From a virus (Duplodnaviria; Caudoviricetes), in IMG/VR virus record IMGVR_UViG_3300028283_000231: a stretch of DNA of 64,000 nucleotides; one strand, 5' to 3'. Position 1 is the stretch's first letter. Every line of letters starts with the position of its first letter. Positions 22,457 through 34,012 of the stretch are shown piece by piece. The notes beneath the pieces were generated by a model. The model had not been told where the DNA came from and made no database searches. It was given only the letters and a program-made list of their open reading frames with translations. A program made the position numbers and the translations under genes.

Positions 22457-23698
22457 TTATTTTTTCACTTTTCTGCCACATATTGGACAGAAACTCCAAC
22501 CGCCTTTGCCTCTGCTTACTCTATAACCACATTTACAATATTCTCTGATGGCAGATTCGTTCTTAACGTAAGTATTTGTCTGTGTTCCATCAATGATATT
22601 CTTTATGGTATCAGAATCGTAGAGTTTTTTTTTGACTGGTTTAAGTGAAAAAGGTAATAATTTGAATTTAACTCTGTAAAATGGTTCACCCACTTCAAAG
22701 GTTATTGGTGAGAAGTATTGATTAGAAACACCGCCTTTTTCAATACGTCCTGTTTCTATTCTCTTTCTTGCAAGTTTTGTTTGGACTGGTGTTCCATTTG
22801 GTCCTATTGGTCCATTTGGTCCGTTCATAGTTATGCCTCTACTCATTTCTTGTGGGGCGTAATCTATTGAAGTATAACTCGCATTAGCCATACCAAGGAA
22901 ATTAGGTACACCTCCACCGAAACCTCTTGTTCCAGCTCTTCCATCGTAACCTGATGTACCAGAAGTGCCCGACACACCAGACTTACCAGAAGTTCCAGAT
23001 GACCCTGATGTGCCGGATGTGCCGCTGAAACCGCTAACTCTGCCATTATTTATAGTAGCATTACTCACTATCAATTGACCGTTGTTAATGTCGAGGGTGC
23101 CATTGATTTTTAAATTACCATTAATAACAACGTCAGTTCCACTAACAGATAAGTTAGTAGTTGAATTTGATGTTCCTATACCACCTGCTGTTCCTGATGT
23201 TGAAATAGTACTTCCACTATACGAAATATTAGTATAGAGTGGGGTTGTGTACCAATTTGGATTAATGGTAATGTAATTTGGATCGTAAGTGGTTATACTT
23301 GTTGTATATACTGGTGGAGCTTTTTTCTCGTTCCAGAATACTACTTCTAGTACACCGTTTTTTTCGATAGCTTTGATTGCTTGTTGTACTCTTTCTTCCG
23401 ACATACCTTTGGTATCGATATCGTAAGCGTTAAAAGTTAATTTACGATTAGTACCAATGTATCTTTCGATAGTAATTTCCTGTCCAGGATTGAGTACGAG
23501 TAGATCGTTATCTACTTTAATACCGTTCATGCATAGTTGAACACCGATGCGTTCTTGAAGTGGGTTAAAAAATTTTAGTTGAAAATTGTCTCCGTTGCGG
23601 AGGTAAACTTTATTTTTCTTCTTTCCGTAAAGTTTACGTTGTTGACCGTTGACGCAGATTTCACACGTCGGCAAGGTCATGCCGTGCAGATCATTCAT
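22457..23698 (-). CDS. Hypothetical protein with GTS insert and C-terminal zinc ribbon
   Basis: YCKCG...FCPICG; GTSG block; AAGGAGG 5 nt upstream of the ATG. Confidence 0.7.
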   Translation of the reverse strand: MNDLHGMTLPTCEICVNGQQRKLYGKKKNKVYLRNGDNFQLKFFNPLQERIGVQLCMNGIKVDNDLLVLNPGQEITIERYIGTNRKLTFNAYDIDTKGMSEERVQQAIKAIEKNGVLEVVFWNEKKAPPVYTTSITTYDPNYITINPNWYTTPLYTNISYSGSTISTSGTAGGIGTSNSTTNLSVSGTDVVINGNLKINGTLDINNGQLIVSNATINNGRVSGFSGTSGTSGSSGTSGKSGVSGTSGTSGYDGRAGTRGFGGGVPNFLGMANASYTSIDYAPQEMSRGITMNGPNGPIGPNGTPVQTKLARKRIETGRIEKGGVSNQYFSPITFEVGEPFYRVKFKLLPFSLKPVKKKLYDSDTIKNIIDGTQTNTYVKNESAIREYCKCGYRVSRGKGGWSFCPICGRKVKK

Positions 23699-23956
23699 TA
23701 TGTCCTCCTTTTTTCATTTTTTATTTCTGAAATACTAATTTTTTCATTGCTCTTCACAATTCAAAAGTGGAATACACTCAAAATCAGTATGACCAAAAAG
23801 ATCACTCGTTTGTGACGATATTATATATTTAAACACTACGGTCCGAAACCCAATTTTTAGAAAATATTTTTTAATATATAGCGTTATGAATACGGAATTT
23901 GAAAACTTTATTAACGAAAGCTATGCTTTCCCTAAGTCCGCTGAGCCGTTAAAAAA

Positions 23957-24355
23957 TTATTTAATTAATTTATCGTTGGATAAATTTAAATGGTGGTTAA
24001 ATAGAAAGGGACTAGCAAATTTCATTCTTGTTCCAAATTGACCGATAGCGTCTCTTATGAAATTTCTATTTATATCAACGCCAATATAGTTAATATTCAA
24101 TCTAATATCCTTTGTATAACTATATAAATCACCAAGACCACAACTGAAATCTAAAACTGAATCGTTATTTTTAACTCCAATTTCTAAAAGGTTTTTGAAT
24201 CTTTCAGTTTGTTCTTTAGGACCGTGCTCCCAATAAACTTTATAGGCATTTAACCCCTTGTCCAACTTTTTAGTGGTTGTCTTATAACGATTTCTGTTAT
24301 TGTTATAAACATCTAAAGTGGCACTCTTATCAAATTCATATAGTTTATTAAACAT
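23957..24355 (-). CDS. Class I SAM-dependent methyltransferase, probably truncated
   Basis: SVLDFSCGLGDL and YIGVDIN motifs; abrupt C-terminus overlapping a convergent ORF. Confidence 0.6.
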   Translation of the reverse strand: MFNKLYEFDKSATLDVYNNNRNRYKTTTKKLDKGLNAYKVYWEHGPKEQTERFKNLLEIGVKNNDSVLDFSCGLGDLYSYTKDIRLNINYIGVDINRNFIRDAIGQFGTRMKFASPFLFNHHLNLSNDKLIK

Positions 24356-24375
24356 AAAACTATATATTAAAAAAA

Positions 24376-25737
24376 TTATTGAGGTTTCTTACCTTCCATA
24401 CCTTTTGTTGGTATAGGTCTTCCCCTAGACTTACTCTTCTTACTCTTCCCCTTCTTCTCTCCACCACCTTCTACTTCTCTGAATTTGTTGTAGACGTCTG
24501 GGTAAAGTCTTTTATCAGCGTCAATATTGAAACTTAATTTGAAGTAATCATTGAAGTTAAGTAAATCAGATTTTTGTAAGTTGTACTCTCTGTTGATATT
24601 CAATAATTTATCAACGTGTGCATTTAATTTATCTACAAAATTGTTAAAGATTTCTACTGTTTGATCGTTAAAAACACCAACTGGTTTCTTTCTTCTTCTA
24701 TTAAATGTACCAAGAATGACCTTGAAAATATATTCAATCTTCTTATCTGATTTAATATGTTCAATAGTTTTCTTATTATTCAATAAATCAACATTAATCT
24801 TAAATTTCTCGTCTTTGAAAAACTGTGGTATATTTATCTCCCAATCATCAATATGCTTTTTTACATTTTCCATATATTCGTTGAATAACTGGCAAATTAA
24901 ATCTATATAGATTTCGTCTTTAATATTAGCCTTAACTTTATAAGATTTTATATCTATTAACTGGCAATATTCCAAGAAGTTAAGTATGATTAAACTATAC
25001 ATTTCAACGTATTCTGCTGTATTTTGGTAGGACATTCTTTTATAAAGTGGGTTTAGTACTTCAAAAGACACGTCGTCGTTACCATCCACTTTGATAACAA
25101 TTTTTTCCAGATTGTCGTTGAATTCGTCGTTGTGCATTAAAAATGAATTCTTTAACTGTGGATTTAATATATCGTAAAAGAATTTGGCGAAATTAGCCTC
25201 ACCAAAAACGAATTCCAAGTCTTCTTCTGATGTGTGTAGATATAGATTAATAACTTCTAATTGCTTGTGATTTAATTTACCCATAAAAATAACAGGAAGA
25301 CAATCACAATCGAAAAGATTGGCGTACTCTTGTAATTCAGCGTAATCATATTTATATTTATTCCCCTTAACAATACAAGTAAGAATAAGATTGTTCTTTG
25401 GATTTTTAGCGTACTCTATGTTAGCAGGACAAGCATCGTAAGGTGGGAAATATTCAAAACAGAACCACCAGTTCTTTGATAATAAATCAGTTACGTATGA
25501 AGGTAACGAGTTAAAGTAGTTGAATGCTTGGTTATAAAATTTTTGCACGGTAAGGTCTATAAAGTTAAGAGGATCGTTTTTAGTTGATTTTGGTTTAACT
25601 ATAAATTTATCACCGTCATATTTAACGAAGATTTTGCTTCCTTGTATATCTTCGAAAATAACTAAATTGTTGTTTGTAACTAAATTTAGGAAGTCTTGGG
25701 TGTTTTCAACACCAGTTAATTTAATAATTTGCGTCAT
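24376..25737 (-). CDS. RNA-ligase-like nucleotidyltransferase-fold protein lacking the catalytic lysine
   Basis: IFEDIQGSKIFV at the motif I position (usually EKxDG); EKIVIK at motif IV/V. Confidence 0.45.
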   Translation of the reverse strand: MTQIIKLTGVENTQDFLNLVTNNNLVIFEDIQGSKIFVKYDGDKFIVKPKSTKNDPLNFIDLTVQKFYNQAFNYFNSLPSYVTDLLSKNWWFCFEYFPPYDACPANIEYAKNPKNNLILTCIVKGNKYKYDYAELQEYANLFDCDCLPVIFMGKLNHKQLEVINLYLHTSEEDLEFVFGEANFAKFFYDILNPQLKNSFLMHNDEFNDNLEKIVIKVDGNDDVSFEVLNPLYKRMSYQNTAEYVEMYSLIILNFLEYCQLIDIKSYKVKANIKDEIYIDLICQLFNEYMENVKKHIDDWEINIPQFFKDEKFKINVDLLNNKKTIEHIKSDKKIEYIFKVILGTFNRRRKKPVGVFNDQTVEIFNNFVDKLNAHVDKLLNINREYNLQKSDLLNFNDYFKLSFNIDADKRLYPDVYNKFREVEGGGEKKGKSKKSKSRGRPIPTKGMEGKKPQ

Positions 25738-25815
25738 AAGAAATTCTTTTGTTTTTTGAATTTGTAAACTTATATATTAAAAATCGAGGACCAGAATTTT
25801 ATATATAGTTGCAAT

Positions 25816-28758
25816 ATGGAAAATTTAGTACCTTTTGATTCTTTTTTAAATGAGAAGCTTGGTGTTTCTGATGTTGTTTACAGAACAGCAGAAAAAATAT
25901 ATGCACAGAAGAATTTAAAAAAATGGGAGACTAAATTTAGTAGATCCAACTTAAAAGGTAAAATGACCCTTGATACAAAAGAATATGAAGCACCTTTCAA
26001 TGAAATGAATCTTGTTATACATTTTACTAATAACGAACGTCCAAAGAATAGACACGGTGGTATGGATAGAATTGATCAGAATACTTACGATATTTACATA
26101 TATCACCATTGTAATAACGTATTTAGAACACTTGCTCACGAATTAGACCACGTATATCAAGTTTATTTAAAGAAAGAAAGATATAAAACTAATTTCGCCA
26201 AACCATCTGTGCTAAGGAAATCTGAACAAAGCCCAATAATGATGTCTGTTTACACTCAACTAAAACAGAGAGGGGTGAAGTCAAAAGAAGAATTTATAGA
26301 GAAGTTAATGAAGTTACCGAAGTACAAGAAGTACGTAGAAATACTTGATGATCCAAAACAAAGTAATAAGAATAAGGCTGTAGCTGATAAGATGATAAAG
26401 AAGATGCATAAGTTGTACGCTGTGTTCGCAGACGAAAAATAAGTTAAAAAATGATGCTTAATTATATGCAATACATAAAAGAAATGGAAGATCCTTTATC
26501 TGGTACAACGTCAGATATAAAGATCAAAGTAGAAGGTAAAAACTCTCTAGTTCAAACCCTTATAGATAATCTTTCTATTGTTGTTAAGAAAAGAAAATTA
26601 AAAAGTGTTCGTATAAAAGGCATTACGGGTTATATCAATAGACAAACATTTACACATCACGGTAATTTTTACGATACTTATCTCGAAGTCACTCTTACTA
26701 ATAAAGACGTTATAGTGGGTGAATATAAATCGTCAAGTAATAGTGTTCTTGTTAGAATTAATGATGATATAGTTTACGATATGGATAATAAAGCGTTTGA
26801 TAACGAAGTTTTAATTGATAAGATGGTAGGTGAATATATTAAGTATTTAAAAGAGAAGAGATTCAGTATCAATGAAGCTGTTACAGAAAAAGAAAACGGA
26901 GATAAGGTTTACGATTTTGATAATATTATAGAACATGCGGTAAAATATCTAAAAGCTGATGATTATGTAATAAATGACGCTATAAGAAGAATGTTATTAA
27001 ATAAAAATGCTACCTTTTGGATGCTTTTAGATGACGATCAAGTGGGATCTTTTGAAAAGACTTCTATCATCAAAGACGTCTCTTATCAATACAATATGAT
27101 TCTTGTAACTACTAAGAATAACATGGAAGGGTTTATCGATTTAAGTAAACCTGTTACAGTTCACCCTAATTTTTTTAAAGAAGAAAAAAAGGCAAAAGAA
27201 GAAAGAGTAAGATGGTACCATAAAGGAAAATTAAATTAAGTTTTGTATTGTAATATTTTTTTATTAAATTTGCCGATCAATATATAGAATTAAGAATTAT
27301 AAAGATAAACATGAGTCTAAAAGGTTATAAAAAATTCAACGAAGCACGTAGGCACAAGCCAAAAGGAAGGCATAGAGGGGGAAATATGAACACTATCCCT
27401 CAACAGCGTTTCCCCAATTCTTCGTGGAAAGAAGACGTACCAAGGTTCACCAATAGGGTTGAACCACGTGGTATGAATATGACCTTTTCAGAAAGATTTA
27501 AATATATTCTCACTAAAATAAGTAAAAAAGGAAATAAAATAGCAAAAGAACTACTTGAACTCCCTAATAAACCAGAAGCCAAATTTGAATACTCTTATCT
27601 TGACCTAACAGGAAGACAAGATACTATGTCTTATCTACCTAATGGTGCAAAAGATATTCCAGAGGAAGAAAGATATAAATCTAATAAAAGACAACATTCC
27701 AAAATTTATAAAACCGTAAAAACTATATTTGGTAGTAAGTACACAAAAAACGAGGTTACTAAATTTGTTTCTATTTACAACGAAGTTTATAAACAAGGAC
27801 CAGATAAAGCAGATACCTCAAAACCAAAACAGTCTGACGAGCAATTACTTAAAAAGATAATTGAGGACACAAAGAGTGATAAATTAAAATGGAAAAAGGA
27901 GACAGGTGCTGGTAATATGGCTAGATATGAAGCCAAGGTTACTATTACAGAAAAGAAGTATCTTGTGTTTTGCTTCTTTCATTTTGATCAATCTATAAAA
28001 GAAGAGGCTATGTCTTTCATAACTATTAATCTTTATAACGATTTAGGTAAGACTAAAGATGATAAAACAATGTGGATAAACACGTTACAATTTAAAGATA
28101 TAACAGATTTCTTACCAGTTTTCAAAGAAAAATATAAAATTGAAGTTGAAGCCTAATGGATCTAAATAAACCAAAGGACGTATTAAAAGATTTACTTAGA
28201 GATACTGAGAACGATAAAATAAAATGGGACGTTTCCATTGAAGAACAGTTCATTAAGGCTACTCATTTTATAGACGTGACCAAAAATAAAAAGGTCACTT
28301 TCAAATTAGTATATTTTCTTAATCATCCCAAGGGGTCAAAATTAACTATAATTTACGACGTTAGAACAGACTTTTCCAGAAGGTCAGCCACATTAATGGA
28401 TTCAGGTGGTAAGAATAAGAAGTCAGAAGTTAAAGATATATCTTACCTTCTTCATAAAATATTATTAAAAGAAGAAAGATATAAAGACGTTGAAATCTTC
28501 ATAGAAGATAAATTTGATATTGGTGATAGAGTTGTTGTTACAAAGGTTCAGGAATTTAATGGAGACGAACTTGGACAAAAGGGAACAATTCTAGCTGAGT
28601 TATCTGGAAGAGATAAAGAAGTTCTTTTCTTGATTAAATTTGATAATAAGTTTAGTGACGTTATGGTTGACGGTGAGTTTGCTTTAAACACGGGACAAAC
28701 AAGAGATGGTAATGCTTGGTCTTTTAAACCTGAAAATATAAAAAGAATTAAAGATTAG
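25816..28758 (+). CDS. Cluster of four hypothetical, probably late/virion-packaged genes (25816-26442, 26451-27239, 27311-28156, 28156-28758)
   Basis: Three begin with F/Y-xx-F/Y-x-N/K-E peptides; ATATATA promoters upstream. Confidence 0.6.
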
Positions 28759-30652
28759 CCTATTCTAACAAAATCGTAATCTTTTACTTTATTAAAAGGA
28801 ACTATAAATCTAGATCCACCATTGGTAACAAAAGTGACTTTAATTCTATCATAATCTATATCTGTAACAACGTAGGAGTTACTTCTAACACCAATATCAG
28901 ATCTAAGAGTATAGAATTGATTTAATCTAACATCTTCAATATTGGATGGAAAATCGTCACCTATTTCAACAGGATCATCGTCTTCAATGATATCGTCTTC
29001 AATATCTTTAATTAATTTACCTTTTGAATACCATTTAACACCTTCTTTTGTAGGTTCTACATTTTCTTTAATAGATTTCATTACACGCTCTAAAATTAGA
29101 AATATACCATCTCTACCTTCTATTATATCAACATTACCTTGTTGATAACGATGTGGTCCAGTTTTTGCTCTTTTCGGATCTCCTTTAACGTTATATCTGG
29201 CATAAAGATTGCCAGCTAGTCCGTCTACAAATAAAGCAAAATAATTACGTTTATCTTCTACTAATTCTTCACCGTCTTCTTTTAATAACTCAAAACCTAG
29301 TGGATCATCAGCGTAAACTAATTGATAACCAAAGTTCCAGTCTATTCTCTCTACTATAAAGTCGTATAATTCTTTTACTTTATTACGCTCGTCCCATATT
29401 TCTTCCCCATAAGGATCTAAATCTTCGTGGCCTTCTCTCATCAAACAATACTGCTCGTATGTGGCAATCTTTCTTGCTGACGGATCTGTTCCGCCTGCAG
29501 CCTTATTAGTTTTGGCTTTACCAGATTTCTTCATCAGTTTCTTAAACTGTTTCACAGTAGATTTTCTTGGTAATCCAGGCATTAGAAATCATTAATTTTT
29601 GGACGTTGGCCAGTGCCACTCATAGATTCCCACTCTTTCAAATAACCAGCTAATCCTATATTCCTATAAAACATTATAACATCTCTTCTTTCAACTTGGT
29701 AAAATTTAACAAGTATAAGATTTAATTGATCTATTTTAGCTAAAAACTCGTTGAATTCTACATCTTTATCTACCGACGTTTTTGCTTGTAAACTATCCAC
29801 TATTCCCACTAAACTTCTTAGTGAAGTATCTTTTATGAAAGAGCTCCAACTTTTATATTTATTAAGATAACCGTCTACTATATTAAGGTTTTCTTTTGTT
29901 TCTGGTGGAACGTCATCTATCTCTCTTCTGGGGTTTACTTTTTTAACTGCTGTTTTAGGTGGTCTTGTTAAGTCGTAATTTATTCTGCGGTGTCCTTCTT
30001 CGCCAGCGTAGAATTCAGTTTTAACTGATTCGGGAGCTAGTTTGAACCAACCTTTGGGTCTATCTAATTTATTTTGTTTACCTATTAACATCATGAGTTT
30101 CCAACAATTATCGTAGGTGTTGTCGTATTTCTTTTGGAATATAACGTCACTATAAATAAGTTTCATGATGTCTGCTGAATCCTCTGGTTTCTGTAATATT
30201 AAAGATTGTTTAATAACTTCTTCTGAGAAGGATAAATCTTTCATACCAGCTTTATAGGCGTCATCAAGTCTTTTCTTTTCTTCGTTGATGAAAAGTTGTC
30301 TTTTATGTTTAGTTAAGTTTGGTTTTAAATAGTGAAGATTATTACGCATCTCTTTTGTGCCTTTAATATCTCTAACACCCAACCATCGAGTATCTTCTTT
30401 TTTAAAGAATGTTCTAGCTTTTTGGTCTCCTCTTTTCCATCTCTTCATAAAATCGTCAAGAAATTTATCAAGGAAAGAAGGGCTGATTGTGATTTTATGA
30501 TCAGTCATGAGGACGTTGGACATTTCTTCAACGTCTATGGTTTCTTTGGGTTCGAGTGAAACTATGACGTCGTGCATTGCGTCTCTTAATTTTCTACTGG
30601 AAATCATAGCCATGTCCTCGTTTAAAAAATCATTGTAATTTAATTCTATCAT
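28755..30652 (-). CDS. Two hypothetical probably late genes (28755-29582, 29582-30652)
   Basis: MIELNYNDFLNE start; DPYGEEIWD motif. Confidence 0.6.
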
Positions 30653-31273
30653 AATATAATTATATTTTGGAGGAACTAACCCCTTTTTTAATATATAACT
30701 ATATATAAAAATAATTTGTTAAAAAATCAAACTTTACCTGTAAATAAAAATAAAACAATAAAATAATATGCCCACTGTGAAATTAAACCTTAAAGAGAAA
30801 ATAGCCTATCGATCTTTCGATAGCCAAGATAAATTGAACGAGTTTATGGTAGAATATATATTCAACGCCAAAACTGATAAAATCATTTTTAAAGGAGATC
30901 CTTGGGAAATAAACCTTAAACTCTTAAAGAAACTTATTGATAAGGAAAATCCACTTGTTGAGAACAACGACATAAGGGGAGCTTTTAGAAAGATTATACA
31001 ATTAACTATGAATGAACCTTATTGTGTTATTTACAAGGAGTAATCACATATCTGGTTTATCGTGTTGTGATCTAACACATCTTTCGTATTCTACAATTTT
31101 CTTTTTATATTCAATAAAAGCCTTTTGTATTACTCTTATCGATTCTTCTACGTCACAAGGCTTTTTCAAATCAACCTTCATTAGTAGATTAACTATTCTT
31201 GTTGCGTAAACGAATTCTTCTGGGAGATTCATTTCTTTCGCTGTTGGCTTATTTTCGTCTAATATTTCTTTCA

Positions 31274-31552
31274 TCACTTATTAGTCATTTCATCTATTAA
31301 TTTCGTCCTTCTGAAATTTTGATATTCTTCTGTATCATGTCTTCTACCATTTACGTAAAACTGGTGTCCTATACCATCAAAAAATTCAATGGCCGGACCG
31401 TCTTCTCTATGTAGTTGATTATTAAATTTATATTCAAATCTATCTCCGAATCTAATTTTTTGAGGTTCGTTGCATTTAAGCCAATTTAGTACACCTACTT
31501 CTTCTGTATAAAATTCGGCATCAAGTTTTGCTTCTTTAGTTTTTACGGGCAT
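31274..31552 (-). CDS. Small protein with LHREDGPA repeat unit
   Basis: NQLHREDGPAIEF..G...FYVNG is a common phage beta-hairpin repeat. Confidence 0.65.
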   Translation of the reverse strand: MPVKTKEAKLDAEFYTEEVGVLNWLKCNEPQKIRFGDRFEYKFNNQLHREDGPAIEFFDGIGHQFYVNGRRHDTEEYQNFRRTKLIDEMTNK

Positions 31553-32067
31553 AATTCATCTATTAGTTTTGTTCTGTGGTGATTTTTAAATTCCCCTAAT
31601 GATAAAAACATATCGAAAATTTTACCTTCCCATTCACATTTATCACAAATATAGTTTCGATCTTTCATATCGGCCATGAAATCATCTATTTCACCAGTAT
31701 TATTACCACATTTGGGGCAATGTATGGTAGATGGCCAACTACTTCTACCAACCCATCCATATGAATTAGGAACAGCTCTACTTACATATCCACTTTCGTT
31801 ATACATTAAATGGTCTTTACGATATTGATTATTGTTCCTAGGAAATCTTTAATCCAGTTACCAATGAGGGAACCACTCCAAAGCGGAAAAAACAAAATTA
31901 CAATAATTAAAATGAAAAGCAAAAACTTTTTTATATTTTTTCTATTATTGTGCCAAAACAAGATTAGATTAAATGGTCTCTTAGCTGGATCTTTTATTTT
32001 TCTACCATCGTGAATATTCATAAGATTCTGGTTTTGTTGATTATATATTAAAAGACGAAATAAGTTT

Positions 32068-32556
32068 TCAAAATGTTTCCCAAACATTTTCCAAACATTT
32101 TCTGTTAATCACTTGGCACATAGTGAATATACATTTCTTACCGTTAAGTTCTATAACTGAACCACTAAATAAACCTCTGAGTTTCTTCCCCTTTATAGAT
32201 CTAAATGGTATCGTAATATTTTTGAAAAATTCCCCCTCTTTTATAACACCGTACATTTTGTCTTTAACCTCTTTATCTATTATACCGTGATTGAGCACGG
32301 AAGTATCATGTCCAATTACTTGATATTTATTATCTAACTCTATAATCTTAACAAAAGCCTCATTAACATCTATTATTATATTAGTTTCGGCGTCAGCTAT
32401 AGCCATAGGACAAGGATTAAGATCAAAAATTTTAAAGAATTTTTCTTCCACAATCCTTAATTCATCAGCAGTACATTTTAGTTCTCTTTCTACGTATTCT
32501 TGTTCTATAACAATACCCGATGTAATTAGCTCTTCATTATGATTAATTAATTTCAT
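32068..32556 (-). CDS. Stand-alone PAS-domain protein
   Basis: FFKIFDLNPCPMAIAD..IIDVNEAF...VIGH pattern of PAS S-box domains. Confidence 0.75.
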   Translation of the reverse strand: MKLINHNEELITSGIVIEQEYVERELKCTADELRIVEEKFFKIFDLNPCPMAIADAETNIIIDVNEAFVKIIELDNKYQVIGHDTSVLNHGIIDKEVKDKMYGVIKEGEFFKNITIPFRSIKGKKLRGLFSGSVIELNGKKCIFTMCQVINRKCLENVWETF

Positions 32557-34012
32557 AAATTAGCGGTTTTTTACTCATGTATATATTTAAAATCAAAAAT
32601 GGAAATCGTCAAAATTTTTTACAATCCTCTTTCTATGAGATGTTCCCGTATAGATTGAAATTTTCCTTCTTTGTCTGGCTCTACTATATCCCACACTTCT
32701 TTTGGATCAACTTTTGTAATTGACTTAGATTTGAAATCTATAACCAGGTACCAAGAATTTCCATTAGATACAATAGTATCTAGAATTCTACAATAAGTTC
32801 TTCCGTCTTTTAATAAGACAATTTTATTTTTCATTTATTTAAATTATTTTATATCTACTATTCATCAACATTTTTGGTGTAAATTCCTCCATTGCCATCA
32901 ATGAAATAGATTTAACAAGTATATCGATATATATGGTATTTTTTGTTTCAAGTTGTCTATTTATATCAGTTACTAAAGCTTCAACTAATTTATTCTCCAT
33001 CTTTTGAACAATATCCATACCAGTAGCGGCCTCAATATCCTTCTTATTTTCATGAGATAAAGTTATACCATATTCCTTCTGCTCTAATCTAGGCATTATA
33101 TCAAATGTTTTCCCACTTAAATTAAGTTTAGATAATACTTTCATACTCATAGGTAAAAGATTTTGTCCTATATCCCTACCGTCGGCTGGTGGATCAGCGT
33201 AAGGAAAAAATCCTCCCATACCATGTCTATGTGAATCGTAATCATAACTTTCTAATTGATGATATTCAGCGTAAATAGCCATAAACTGCCTTATTTCTGG
33301 ATCTACTGCTTTTAAAGCGTCTAAAACTGGAGCCCACTTCCTTGAAGCTTTTTCAGTATCTATCTTGTAGTTTCTACCTTTTATTTCATATTCCTTTTCC
33401 ATATTACTCTTCCTTATTTTTTTCAGCGTACTCATTTACCCACTTTTGACGCTCAATTTTTTCCAATCCGAACTAGAAGCCACTTTGGGTTATTATTATT
33501 TCTTTTTCGGTTGGGCATCTATGTTAGAAGGATCATCTAAAAAAGAAGATTTTAAAGAAGGTGTAGGAATAAATGATTGTAATTCAAGTAGATCAAAAAC
33601 AATATGGTTTTATGAAATTGAATCAAGTAATGAGAAGAACTTGAGGAGACTAAAAATAATTGATAGATCTTTAAATGAAACAGTACAAAGAAGTTGAAAA
33701 CAAAATTGAATACGAAGTGTTTGAGTTTGATGAAACCGAACAAGACTACGAAGTTCGTATCATAGAAAGATTTGATTACGCTAAAATTAAAAGAGTCTAT
33801 GATACTTACACTAACACTTACTATTTTAAAAGAGGTGAAGCACATAACGATTACGGACCAGCAATGGTAGCTGAAGCAACAGGTCCAGTCTATTACAGAT
33901 TTGGAGATAAAGTAAAAGACGAAGAGTGGAAAGCTTATTATCGCACAATGATAATGGATAGAATGTTAAATAGTGACGAATTTCCACCAAAACCAAAAAA
34001 ATTAGAAGACGT

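Noticed and set aside
23700-23830. Riboswitch upstream of the zinc-ribbon gene
   Set aside because: Only a weak hairpin and no recognisable aptamer consensus. The strong AAGGAGG is noted but not unique (AAGGAG also at about 53320).
23886-24355. Functional overlap between a 51-aa plus-strand ORF and the methyltransferase
   Set aside because: Both look truncated; a deletion joining two convergent genes is simpler.
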